DNA of 64,000 nucleotides, from NCBI GenBank assembly GCA_963770565.1, contig CAVYQE010000008.1:32001-96000 (forward strand), given 5' to 3'. Of this stretch, positions 34,626 to 44,651 are shown in pieces (position 1 is the stretch's first letter; each line of letters begins with the position of its first letter). The stretch comes from an uncultured Actinomycetota bacterium. GTDB lineage: Bacteria > Actinomycetota > Actinomycetes > JAFAQI01. Both the position numbers and the translations under genes were made by a program. The notes under the pieces were generated by a model. It made no database searches and was not told where the DNA came from. It was given only the letters and a program-made list of their open reading frames with translations.

Positions 34626-34751
34626 CACCCGGATAACGGCGCGATCACGATTGGGCCGCGCGATGCGCACAATGCTTCCAGAACACCGGTAGTACGCCTT
34701 AGAGTCGCCCCGCCGGGACGCTGCCCGGTGAGTCGAACGGAAAGGGGTTCG

Positions 34752-35762
34752 ATGACGGCTCCGCTTGATATTGCCGGCGACGTCGCCGAAGCTCACGCAC
34801 CGACCTCGGTGGATGGTGTACCCGCGAAGGCGATCGAAGGCCGATCACTCGGCCAGATCGCCTGGATGCGATTCAAGCGGGACAAGGTTGCTCTGGCAAG
34901 CATCGGTGTGCTCGTCTTACTCGTCGCGTTCACCCTGATGGCGCCGCTGATCAACCATTGGGTCGGGGTCAACCCGTTCAGCGACAACGTCGCGATTCTG
35001 AACTTCAACACCGGCATCGGAACTCCGACCGGCCACCTGGGTGGGATCAGCCTGGCCCACCCATTCGGGGTCGAGCCGATCAACGGTCGCGACCTGCTCG
35101 CCCGGGTCGATATCGGTGCGCGCTACTCACTGATCATTGCGTTCGCCTCGACGCTGTTGTCCGTCGTGATCGGCACCTTCTTCGGCGCGATTGCCGGCTT
35201 CTTCGGCGGCGCGGTCGACACCGGGATCAGCCGCGTCATGGACATCCTGCTGGCCTTCCCGCAGCTGATCTTCGCAATCGCGATCGCCGCCGTGATCGAG
35301 ACCACGCCCTCCGGCGGCGGCCTTTGGACCCACATCCTGCTACTGATCGGCATCATCGGCTTCTTCAGTTCGCCGTACTTCGGCCGGATTATCCGCGGCC
35401 AGGTCATCTCGCTGCGCGAGAAGGAGTTCGTCGACGCCGCGCGGGGGATCGGGGCCCGAAGCGGCTACATCATGTTCCGCGAACTGCTGCCCAACATGTA
35501 CGGCCCGATCCTGGTCTACTCCACGCTGATTATCCCGACCAACATCCTGTTCGAGGCCGCGCTGTCCTATCTCGGTGTCGGGATCCCGCTCCCCACGCCG
35601 TCCTGGGGCAACATGCTCTCGGACGCAACCGGAAGCAACATCTATCAGATCGACCCGATGTTCGCGATCATTCCCGGCCTGGCCATCTTCATCACGGTCA
35701 TGGCTTTCAACCTGTTCGGAGATGGGCTGCGGGACGCCCTTGATCCACGGAGCAACCGCTGA
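34752..35762 (+). CDS. Peptide ABC transporter permease (OppC/BldKA-like)
   Basis: 'HPFGVEPINGRDLLAR', 'SLREKEFVDAAR', 'FNLFGDGLRDALDP'. Confidence 0.92.
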   Translation: MTAPLDIAGDVAEAHAPTSVDGVPAKAIEGRSLGQIAWMRFKRDKVALASIGVLVLLVAFTLMAPLINHWVGVNPFSDNVAILNFNTGIGTPTGHLGGISLAHPFGVEPINGRDLLARVDIGARYSLIIAFASTLLSVVIGTFFGAIAGFFGGAVDTGISRVMDILLAFPQLIFAIAIAAVIETTPSGGGLWTHILLLIGIIGFFSSPYFGRIIRGQVISLREKEFVDAARGIGARSGYIMFRELLPNMYGPILVYSTLIIPTNILFEAALSYLGVGIPLPTPSWGNMLSDATGSNIYQIDPMFAIIPGLAIFITVMAFNLFGDGLRDALDPRSNR

Positions 35763-35844
35763 GCGTCACGAGCGCTTGAGGCGGTCACCACTGGTCCGAC
35801 GATGAGCGTCGAACCTGTTTACAAGGAAGGAACCGCGACCGGAT

Positions 35845-37686
35845 ATGCCTGGTAAATCCTGGGTGCTTCGAGGAGGAGTCGCCATAGCGGCACTCGCCCT
35901 CGGCGCCACCGCCTGCGGCAGTAGCAGCAGCGGTGGCAACAACAACACCCCATCCAACTCGCCCGCTCCGTCGTCGACGGCGGCCGCCATCCAGGGCAAT
36001 GCCCAGGGCACCGGCGGCGGCTTTGCTGCCTCGACACCGATGAACGCGTCGACGGCCAAGGGTGGCACGATGAACGTCGGCGTGGCTGGCGACGTCGACT
36101 ACATGGACCCGGGGCGGACCTACTACGCGTTCAGCTGGGACATTCACCAGCTGTTCAGCCGGACCCTGTTGACCTTCCCGGACGGCATCGGCTCGCAGGC
36201 CCTTCAGCCGACCGGAGACATCGCGACCGGCCCGGCGACGCCGACCAACGGTGACAAGACCTGGTCCTACACCCTGAAGTCGGGGATCAAGTTCCAGGAC
36301 GGCACCCCGGTGACGTCGAAGACGATCAAGTATGCGATCGAGCGGACGTTCGCGACCAGCGTGATCAACGGTGGTCCGACCTACTTCGCGACGTTCCTGT
36401 GCCCGGGCGGCGAGACCGCCTCGGGTGCCTGCACGTCGTACGGCGGCCCGTACACGAACAAGGCCGCGGTTTATGGCCTGTCCACGATCAAGACCCCGAG
36501 TGCGAACAAGATCGTGTTCGACCTGAACCAGCCGTTCTCGGAGTGGAACTACGTCATGACGTTGTTCGGCACCTCTCCGGTCGAGGTCAGTATTGACCAG
36601 AACCCGAAGACCGGTGGCGCGAACTACAACAACAACGTGCAGGCAACTGGTCCGTACAAGGTCGCGTCGTACGTGCCGAACAAGCACATCGACCTGGTCC
36701 GCAACCCGGCGTACAACCCGGCGACCGACAACACCCGTCCGGCCCTGCCGAACAAGATCAACATCACCACGAGCTTCGACTCGGTGACGTTGGACAACGA
36801 CATCGTTGCCAACACCGCGGACCTCGACATCGGTGGCACCGGCGTGCAGCCGGCCACCCAGGCCAAGATCCTGCAGACCTCATCGCTGAAGGCTCGGGCG
36901 CTCGACCCGATCACCGGGTTCACGCGCTACATCGCGATCCTGTCCGAGAGCCCGCCGTTCAACAACATTCACTGCCGGCAGGCGGTCGAATGGGCGATGA
37001 ACAAGAAGGAGCAGCAGGACGCGCGCGGTGGCATCTATGGTGGTGCGATCGCGAGCACCCTCGGGCCGCCGACGCTGGCCGGCTGGAAGAACTTCAACGA
37101 GTACCCGGGTACTGAGAACGGCCCGGATATCGCCAAGGCCAAGGCGGCGCTGACCGCGTGCGGCAAGCCGAACGGCTTCCACACCACGATCGTCACAACC
37201 AACCAGGGCAAGGGTCCGCAGCAGGCGCAGTTCCTGCAGAACGACCTGAAGGCCGTTGGCATCACCGCGAACATCAAGGAATTCGACCCGGCGACGTACT
37301 ACTCGTCGGTGGTTGGTGTTCCGGCGAACATCAAGAAGGACGGTTACGGCCTGGCGTTCGCAGGCTGGGGCCCGGACTGGCCGGCACCTTACGGGTTCTT
37401 CGAGAACATCGTCGACCCGCGCAAGATCCTGGCTCAGGGCAACAGCAACTACGGCGCGTGCAAGGACCCGAAGATCACCTCGCTGATTCAGCAGGCACTC
37501 TCGCAGACCAGCCCGGCTGCTGAGTACCCGTTCTGGCAGCAGGTGGACGAGACGGTTCTGAAGGACGCATGTGACGCACCGTTCACCTACGACAAGGCGC
37601 TCGACCTCTTCAGCAGCCGGTTGAAGAACGTCTACATCGAGCCCCAGTTCGGCATCGTGGATCTCCGGACCCTCGGCGTCGCATAA
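35845..37686 (+). CDS. Peptide ABC transporter substrate-binding lipoprotein (family 5, BldKB-like)
   Basis: Lipobox 'ATAC', 'DYMDPGRTY', 'LKSGIKFQDG', 'ATGPYK', 'GWGPDWP'. Confidence 0.92.
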   Translation: MPGKSWVLRGGVAIAALALGATACGSSSSGGNNNTPSNSPAPSSTAAAIQGNAQGTGGGFAASTPMNASTAKGGTMNVGVAGDVDYMDPGRTYYAFSWDIHQLFSRTLLTFPDGIGSQALQPTGDIATGPATPTNGDKTWSYTLKSGIKFQDGTPVTSKTIKYAIERTFATSVINGGPTYFATFLCPGGETASGACTSYGGPYTNKAAVYGLSTIKTPSANKIVFDLNQPFSEWNYVMTLFGTSPVEVSIDQNPKTGGANYNNNVQATGPYKVASYVPNKHIDLVRNPAYNPATDNTRPALPNKINITTSFDSVTLDNDIVANTADLDIGGTGVQPATQAKILQTSSLKARALDPITGFTRYIAILSESPPFNNIHCRQAVEWAMNKKEQQDARGGIYGGAIASTLGPPTLAGWKNFNEYPGTENGPDIAKAKAALTACGKPNGFHTTIVTTNQGKGPQQAQFLQNDLKAVGITANIKEFDPATYYSSVVGVPANIKKDGYGLAFAGWGPDWPAPYGFFENIVDPRKILAQGNSNYGACKDPKITSLIQQALSQTSPAAEYPFWQQVDETVLKDACDAPFTYDKALDLFSSRLKNVYIEPQFGIVDLRTLGVA

Positions 37687-37703
37687 CTGCACAACGATCG
37701 TTG

Positions 37704-37733
37704 CGCGGGGTCGGCCTTCGGGCCGGCCCCGCG
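37704..37733 (+). terminator. Intercistronic stem-loop after the SBP gene (mRNA stabiliser or attenuator)
   Basis: CGCGGGGTCGGCC-TTCG-GGCCGGCCCCGCG: 13-bp stem (one G-U) with a cUUCGg tetraloop and no U-tract. Confidence 0.7.
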
Positions 37734-37787
37734 GAACGCATCACAGCACCAGTTTGATCGTGGAGCCTCAGAGCTGAGGGACTTGCC

Positions 37788-38798
37788 GTGATTCGCTTCC
37801 TGATCCGTCGCTTCGTCGGCGGCGTGATCGTGCTGATCGTCATCTCGATCATCACGTTCTGGCTCTTCTACGCCCTCCCCAAGCTCCTGCACTCCAACCC
37901 GGCCGCGTTGTACGCCGGCCGCAGCCCGAGCCCCGCCACGATCGCGGCGGTGTCGCAAAAGCTCGGCCTCGACAAGCCGTTCTGGACCCAGTACTGGGAC
38001 TTCATAAAGGGCATCTTCGTCGGCCGCACCTTCGGGACCGGCGTGGCCGCGGACGTCTGCCATCGTCCATGCCTCGGCTTCTCGTTCATCAACAACGAGC
38101 CGGTATGGGGCGAGATCACCTCTGACCTGCCCGTCGACATCTCGCTGGCGATCGGCGCATCGATCATCTGGCTGACGACCGGCGTCGCGACCGGCGTCGT
38201 GTCCGCCCTGCGCAGCGGCACGATCTTCGACCGCACCGCCATGACGGTCGCGCTGGCCGGTGTCTCACTCCCGATCTACTTCACCGGGCTGCTCTCGCTG
38301 GCGATCTTCAGCTACGGACCGCACTGGCTGCAGATCTTCCCCAACGTGCACTTCGTCGGCTTCACCGAGAGCCCGATCTCCTGGGCCCGTAACCTTGTGC
38401 TGCCCTGGGTCTGCCTTGCCTTCTTGTATGCGGCGCTCTATGCCCGGCTGACCCGCTCAACCATGCTCGAAACGATGTCGGAGGACTTCGTCCGAACCGC
38501 GCGGGCCAAGGGCCTGCCCGAGCGAACCGTCATCTTCCGGCACGGACTGCGTTCGGCGATCACGCCAATCGTCACGATCTTCGGTCTCGACGTCGGCCTG
38601 CTGCTCGGCGGCGCGGTACTGACCGAACAGGTTTTCGGCTTCGTCGGCATCGGCAAGCTGGCGATCATCTCGATCGGCGACCGCGACCTGCCGGTCGTGC
38701 TCGGTGTCACGCTGTTTGCTGCGTTCTTCGTGGTAGTTGCCAATATCATCGTCGACGTGGCGTATGCCTACGTCGACCCGAGGGTTACCTACTCCTGA
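37788..38798 (+). CDS. Peptide ABC transporter permease (OppB/BldKC-like)
   Basis: 'LGLDKP', 'RLTRSTMLE..DFVRTARAKGL', 'TEQVF', 'DVAYAYVDPRV'. Confidence 0.93.
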   Translation: MIRFLIRRFVGGVIVLIVISIITFWLFYALPKLLHSNPAALYAGRSPSPATIAAVSQKLGLDKPFWTQYWDFIKGIFVGRTFGTGVAADVCHRPCLGFSFINNEPVWGEITSDLPVDISLAIGASIIWLTTGVATGVVSALRSGTIFDRTAMTVALAGVSLPIYFTGLLSLAIFSYGPHWLQIFPNVHFVGFTESPISWARNLVLPWVCLAFLYAALYARLTRSTMLETMSEDFVRTARAKGLPERTVIFRHGLRSAITPIVTIFGLDVGLLLGGAVLTEQVFGFVGIGKLAIISIGDRDLPVVLGVTLFAAFFVVVANIIVDVAYAYVDPRVTYS

Positions 38799-38810
38799 GC
38801 GAGGCGCGCG

Positions 38811-39896
38811 ATCACTTCACAATCAGCGGCTCACCCCGAGCCCGCCGTCCCTGACGTCCAGGCGGTCGTCGGTCACCCGACCGCGTTCCTCGACGTCCGC
38901 GACCTGCACATCCACTTCCCGACCGATGACGGGTTGGTGAAGGCGGTCGACGGTCTGTCGTTCACCCTCGAGCGCGGCAAGACCCTGGGCATCGTCGGTG
39001 AGTCCGGCTCCGGCAAGAGCGTGACCAGCTTGGGAATCCTCGGCCTGCACAACCGCCGCAACGCGCGGGTGTCCGGCGAGATCTGGGTCGACGGCAAGGA
39101 GCTGGTGGCCGCCGACCCCGAGGACGTCCGCAAGATGCGCGGGTCGACGATGGCGATGATCTTCCAGGACCCGCTATCGGCCATGCACCCGTACTACAAG
39201 GTGGGCACCCAGATCGCCGAGGCCTACCGCGTGCACCACAAGGTGTCCCGGTCGGTGGCCAAGGCGCGCGCGATCGAGCTGCTCGATCTGGTCGGGATCC
39301 CGGAGCCGAGCCGTCGGGTCGACGCCTACCCGCACCAGTTCTCCGGCGGTATGCGGCAGCGCGCGATGATCGCGATGGCGCTGTCGTGCAACCCGTCGCT
39401 GCTGATCGCGGACGAGCCGACCACGGCACTCGACGTCACGGTCCAGGCCCAGATCCTCGACCTGATGCGTGACCTGCAGAAGGAGTTCAACTCCGCGATC
39501 ATCATCATCACCCACGACCTCGGAGTCGTGGCCGAGCTCGCGGACGACGTCCTGGTCATGTACGCCGGGCAGGCCGTGGAGTACGGCAGCGTTTCGGACA
39601 TCTTCTACCAGCCCGAGCACCCCTACACCTGGGGCCTGCTCGGATCGGTGACCCGGCTCGACCGGACCGGGGTCGAGCGCCTTCAGCCGATTCCGGGCAA
39701 CCCGCCGTCGCTGATCAACGTCCCGTCCGGCTGCCCGTTCCATCCACGCTGCAAGTACGCCGAGCTTAACGGGGGCAAGGAGCGCGAGGTGCGACCGAAG
39801 CTGACTGAGAGCGCGCCCGGCCACTTCGTGGCGTGCCACCTGTCGGTGGAGAAACGGCGCGAGATCTTCAACTCAGAGGTGGCGACCCTCCTATGA
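38811..39896 (+). CDS. Peptide ABC transporter ATP-binding protein (OppD/BldKD-like); start codon anomalous
   Basis: 'GESGSGKS', 'FSGGMRQR', 'IADEPT'. The conserved '[11 protein letters not shown]' lies upstream of the first TTG (38934). Proposed start is ATC 38811. Confidence 0.9.
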   Translation: MTSQSAAHPEPAVPDVQAVVGHPTAFLDVRDLHIHFPTDDGLVKAVDGLSFTLERGKTLGIVGESGSGKSVTSLGILGLHNRRNARVSGEIWVDGKELVAADPEDVRKMRGSTMAMIFQDPLSAMHPYYKVGTQIAEAYRVHHKVSRSVAKARAIELLDLVGIPEPSRRVDAYPHQFSGGMRQRAMIAMALSCNPSLLIADEPTTALDVTVQAQILDLMRDLQKEFNSAIIIITHDLGVVAELADDVLVMYAGQAVEYGSVSDIFYQPEHPYTWGLLGSVTRLDRTGVERLQPIPGNPPSLINVPSGCPFHPRCKYAELNGGKEREVRPKLTESAPGHFVACHLSVEKRREIFNSEVATLL

Positions 39897-40972
39897 GCGA
39901 GATGACCAACGGGGAGTCAGGAGCGGCTGCTTCGGCCCCAGCCGATGGCACCGCCTCGGCTGTCGCCAGCCCGCGTCGAAAAGGCGAGGTGCTGCTCGAC
40001 GTCAACGGCCTCGAGAAGCACTTCCCGGTCACCCGTGGCATCTTCATCCGGCGCAAGATCGGTGCGGTGAAGGCGGTCGACGGCCTGACGTTCAGCGTCA
40101 ACAAGGGCGAGACGCTCGGGGTCGTCGGTGAGACCGGCTGTGGCAAGTCGACCACCGGGCGGATGCTCAGCCGACTGCTCGAGCCGACCGGCGGCAACAT
40201 CATCTACGACGGCATCGACATCACCCACGCGAGCACCCGCAGGATGCGCCCGCTCCGCCGCCAGATCCAGATGATCTTCCAGGACCCGTACTCCTCGCTG
40301 AACCCGCGGCACACCGTCGGCGCGATCATCAGTGCGCCACTGGAGATCCAGAACGTCAAGAGCGAGAACGGCACGAAGCGCGCGGTCCAGGACCTGATGG
40401 AGCTCGTCGGCCTTAACCCCGAGCACTACAACCGGTACCCGCACGAGTTCTCCGGCGGCCAGCGTCAGCGGATCGGTGTCGCCCGCGCGCTCGCGCTTCG
40501 TCCGCGGATGATCATCGCCGACGAGCCGGTGTCCGCCCTCGACGTGTCGATCCAAGCCCAGGTCGTGAACCTGCTCTCGGACCTGCAGAAGGAGTTCGAG
40601 CTCACCTACGTCTTCATCGCCCACGACCTTTCCGTGGTTCGTCACATCTCGGATCGGGTGGCGGTCATGTATCTCGGCAAGATCGTCGAGATGGCCAGCG
40701 ACACCGACCTCTACGAGCACCCGCTGCACCCCTACACCCACGCGTTGCTGTCCGCCGTGCCGGTGCCCGACCCCAAACGGGAAAGGGAGCGTGAGCGGAT
40801 CCTGCTCAAGGGGGATGTGCCGAGCCCGCTCAACCCGCCGGCCGCCTGCCGCTTCCACACCCGTTGTTGGAAGGTGCAGGACGTTTGCCGTACCGTGGAA
40901 CCGCTGCTGGTCGAGCTCCAGCCCGGCCACCAAGTGGCGTGTCATTTCCCGGAAGAAAGGGCGCTGCTCTGA
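39893..40972 (+). CDS. Peptide ABC transporter ATP-binding protein (OppF/BldKE-like)
   Basis: 'GETGCGKST', 'FSGGQRQR', 'DEPVSALD', 'CRFHTRC', 'VACHF'. Confidence 0.93.
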   Translation: MSEMTNGESGAAASAPADGTASAVASPRRKGEVLLDVNGLEKHFPVTRGIFIRRKIGAVKAVDGLTFSVNKGETLGVVGETGCGKSTTGRMLSRLLEPTGGNIIYDGIDITHASTRRMRPLRRQIQMIFQDPYSSLNPRHTVGAIISAPLEIQNVKSENGTKRAVQDLMELVGLNPEHYNRYPHEFSGGQRQRIGVARALALRPRMIIADEPVSALDVSIQAQVVNLLSDLQKEFELTYVFIAHDLSVVRHISDRVAVMYLGKIVEMASDTDLYEHPLHPYTHALLSAVPVPDPKRERERERILLKGDVPSPLNPPAACRFHTRCWKVQDVCRTVEPLLVELQPGHQVACHFPEERALL

Positions 40973-41199
40973 TGACCGCGGTGTTGTCGATCGTGCTCAT
41001 CATCGTCAGCCTGCTGCTCGTCTTGCTCGTGCTGTTGCACCGCGGCAAGGGCGGTGGCCTGTCCGATCTGTTCGGCGGCGGCGTGTCCTCGACCCTGTCC
41101 GGATCCTCGGTCGTGGAGAAGAACCTCGACCGGCTCACCATCATCTGCGGCGTCATCTGGGCTGGCTGCGTCATCGGTATCGGTTTGCTCCTGAAGTAG
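40972..41199 (+). CDS. secG: Preprotein translocase subunit SecG
   Basis: ATG 40972 (TGATG overlap). 'LVLLHRGKGGGLSDLFGGG...VEKNLDRLT'. Confidence 0.95.
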   Translation: MTAVLSIVLIIVSLLLVLLVLLHRGKGGGLSDLFGGGVSSTLSGSSVVEKNLDRLTIICGVIWAGCVIGIGLLLK

Positions 41200-41351
41200 A
41201 GCGCCGCCCAGGCGGCGATCGGCTGCGTTCTCGGTCGCTTGCGTGCTACCGCACGCGGCGCTCCCTGCGGCCTTGGCATCCCACGCCTCAACGGCGGGAC
41301 CTCCCCGGGGAACCACTTGGGGCTCGAACCCAAGGTTCATGAATGGGGCGT

Positions 41352-42131
41352 TTAGGGGCTTGCGGGGCGGGCCAACTCGCCGGGGAGGCGACTTGCCGCC
41401 GCGCGATCGAGCAACCATCGGGTCGCCACCCGGCCGTGGACGCCGGCGGCCGGGATCGCGGTCGCGCCGGCACCCGACAGCGCCATCCGGGCGGCGGCGG
41501 CTTTCTCCTCGCCGGCCGCGAGCAACCAGACCTCGCGGGCGGTGTTGATCGTGGCGAGTGACAGCGACAGCCGGGTCGGCGGTGGCTTCGGCGCACCGCG
41601 GACCGGGATCACCGAGCGGTCGTCGTACAACGCGGGCGCCTCCGGGAAGAGCGAGGCGACATGGCCGTCCGGTCCGACGCCGAGCAGCAAAAGGTCGAAG
41701 CTGGGGGTGGCGGCGTGGTCCTCGGGGGTAGCCGCGGCCGCGAGCTCCGCGGCGTAGCGCTCGGCCGCGGCGTCGAGGTCGTCACCACCGGCGTCGTCGC
41801 TGGCCGGCATCGGGTGGATCCGGGCCGGGTCGACGTCGATCGTGTCGAGTAGCGCCTCCCTGGCCTGGGTCTCGTTGCGCTCAGGGTGGCCCTTGGGCAG
41901 ATAACGCTCGTCGCCCCACCACACCGTGAGCCGCGGCCAGTCGATCGCGAACCGGGCCGGCGACTGGGCCAGCTCGCGCAGCGTCGCGCCGCCGATCCCG
42001 CCGCCGGTGAGCACGATGCTGGCCTCGCTGCGGGCCGCCTGTGCGTCGACGATCACGGTGATGATCCGGGCCGCCACCGCTTGGGCGAGCAGGGTGGCAT
42101 CCCGGTGCACGACGACGAGCGGTGTGGTCAT
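41352..42131 (-). CDS. pgl: 6-phosphogluconolactonase
   Basis: 'LTGGG', 'WWGDERY', 'LLGVGPDGHVASLFP', 'PKPPPTR'. Confidence 0.95.
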   Translation of the reverse strand: MTTPLVVVHRDATLLAQAVAARIITVIVDAQAARSEASIVLTGGGIGGATLRELAQSPARFAIDWPRLTVWWGDERYLPKGHPERNETQAREALLDTIDVDPARIHPMPASDDAGGDDLDAAAERYAAELAAAATPEDHAATPSFDLLLLGVGPDGHVASLFPEAPALYDDRSVIPVRGAPKPPPTRLSLSLATINTAREVWLLAAGEEKAAAARMALSGAGATAIPAAGVHGRVATRWLLDRAAASRLPGELARPASP

Positions 42132-43110
42132 GACGGCGCCAGTGCCGGGTCGCGCCAGACCAGCACCCGGTTGCTGGGCTCCTGGTTGACCGTCACGCCG
42201 GTGGCCGCCGCCAATGCCTCGGCGTAGACCGGATCGGGGTCCATCCGCCGCAGCTCCTCCGCCAGTAGGTCACCAAGCCCGCGTCGAGGCAGTGGCAGCG
42301 CTCGTGGCGACTCGTCGCCGCGGGTCAGGGTGGCGGAGCGCCCGTCGGGCCGCTCGATCGTGACGACGTACGGCGTTGCGTCGTCGGCCCGGGTGTCGAT
42401 CGACGCCGAGGTGATCCCCGGACCGCCGGAGGTGTCCAGGGCCGAGTCGACGTTGAGCCGGCAGCCGAGCCAGCCGCTGAGCAGTGCCGCGCTCGGGTTG
42501 GCCGCCTCGGCACTGACCCGCGCGCCGGTCGGTGCTGCGGTTACTCCGTCGAGCGCCGACGCCAGCAGCGACCGCCACGGTGTGGCTCGGGTCCAGGCCA
42601 GGTCGGTGTCCCCGATCAGGAAGTCGCTCGCGCGCAGCCGCAGGGCCGCCATCGGGTCGGGGTCCTGAGCGCAGTCGGTCACCCGGCGGTTGGCCAGCAC
42701 GCCGAGTGCGTCCGTCGCGATCTCGTTCGGGGGGCGGCGCCGTGCCACCAGGTCACCACGGGCGCATCCGGTGCCAGCAGCGGCAGCACGATCGACTCGG
42801 CGTGCAGGCCGAGCCGGCCGTACATCCGCATCACGATCGCCTCGGTCGAGCCGAGCCGGCCGCCGACCTGGACCTCGGCATCGAGCCGGATCGCCGCGTC
42901 GACCTCATGGCGCACCACGATGATGACCCGGCATGGATGCGCGGCCGCGGCGATCGTGGCGGCGTCCTCCGCCTCGCGAACCCGTTTCTCGTCCACCACG
43001 ACGACCAACGTCAGCGCGAGCCCGGACGCGAGGGCGCCGGCCGCGCGCCGTTCGGCGAGCAGTGCCCGCACGATGTCGCCGCCGGTCGTGTCCCACAAGG
43101 TGGTCGCCAT
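42128..43110 (-). CDS. opcA: Glucose-6-phosphate dehydrogenase assembly protein OpcA (frameshift at G-run ~42729-34)
   Basis: N-half 'HPCRVI..LDAEVQVGG..VLPLLAPDAPVVTWW' (ATG 43110) and C-half 'RRVTD..GDTDLAWTR..LAEELRRMDPDPVY' are in different frames. Confidence 0.85.
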
Positions 43111-44651
43111 CAGGGACGCCTCCAGACCCGGCCGTCGCGCGCCAGCATGTCGACCGCGCCGCGCGGCCCCCACTCGCCGGCGCGATACTTCTCCGGTGAC
43201 TTGTCGGCCCAGAACTCCTCGAGCGGGTCGATGACCCGCCAGGAGGCGTCGACCTCCTGCGTTGCGCGGGAACAGGGTCGCATCGCCGAGCAGGACGTCG
43301 AGGATCAGCCGCTCGTAGGCCTCCGGGCGAGGACTCGGTGAAGGCTTCGCCGTACAGGAAGTCCATCGAGACGTCGCGGACCTCCATCGCCGATGCCCGG
43401 GCACCTTCGAGCCGAATCGCAGGGTCACCCCTTCGTCCGGCTGGACCCGGACGACGAGCTGGTTGTGCCCGAGCTCGACGGTGTCGGTCGCGTCGAACGG
43501 CAGGTGCGGCGCCCGGTTGAACATCGACCGCGATCTCGGTCACCCGCCGGGGGAGCCGCTTACCGGTGCGCAGGTAGAACGGCACGCCGGCCCAGCGTCG
43601 GGTCTCCACGCCGAACCGGACCGCGGCGTACGTCTCGGTGCGCGAGTCCTTCGGGATGTCCTTCTCGTCGAGGTACGCCGGCACTCGCTCGCCGGCCAGC
43701 CAGCCCTGGTCGTACTGCCCCCGTACGGCGTAGCGCGCGAGGTCGTCCGGCAACGAAATTGCGTTGAGAACCTTCAGCTTCTCGGTCCGGATCGCCTCGG
43801 CGTCGAAGGAGACCGGCTCTTCCATCGCGGTGAGCGCGAGCAGCTGGAGCAGGTGGTTTTGCAGAACGTCGCGAGCCGCGCCGGCCGAGTCGTAGAACGC
43901 GGCGCGTCCGCCGATGCCGACGTCCTCGGCCATCGTGATCTGGACCGAGTCGACGTAGTGGGCGTTCCAGATCGGCTCGAACAGCGTGTTGGCGAACCGC
44001 AGCGCCAGCATGTTCTGGATCGTTTCCTTGCCCAGGTAGTGGTCGATCCGGAAGACGTTCTCGGCGTTGAAGACCTCGTCGACGAGTGAGTTCAGCTCGC
44101 GTGCGGACTCGAGGTCGTGGCCGAACGGCTTCTCGACCACGACCCGGCGCCACCCGCCGCTCTTGGCGTTGTCGGCCATCCCGGTGCGCTGCATCTGCTT
44201 CAGCACGACCGGGAAGGCGGCCGGCGGGATCGACAGGTAGAACGCCGCGTTGCCCTGGATCCCGTGCGTGGTCTCGAGGTCGATGAGGCTCTGCGCGAGC
44301 TGGTCGAACGCGCCGTCGTCGTCGAACGCGCCCGGCAGGAACTGCAATGACGTCGGCCACCCGCTTCCACACGTCGTCGCGGAACTCGGTGCGGCAGTAC
44401 TGCTGCGCCGACTCCCGTGCAAGGGACTCGAAGTCGCCGACGTCCCAGTCGCGGCGGGCGAAACCGAGCAGCACGAAGCCGGGCGGCAGCAGCCCGCGGT
44501 TGGACAGGTCGTAGATCGCGGGGATCAGCTTCTTGCGGGCCAGGTCACCGGTGACGCCGAAGACGACGATCGCGCACGGTCCCGGAACGCGCGGCAGCCG
44601 GCGGTCGCGGGGATCGCGCAGCGGGTTGCCCGGCGCGCCGGAGATGATCAT
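43110..44651 (-). CDS. zwf: Glucose-6-phosphate 1-dehydrogenase (about 5 frameshifts)
   Basis: 'VFGVTGDLARKKLIP', 'EKPFG', 'RIDHYLGKE', 'RDVLQNHLLQ', 'VPFYLRTGKR', 'EAYERLI' and 'GRVWRRP*' are spread over three frames. Confidence 0.88.

Noticed and set aside
41310-41338. Possible tRNA gene
   Set aside because: Only a T-arm-like hairpin is present, with no D arm, anticodon arm or complete acceptor stem.
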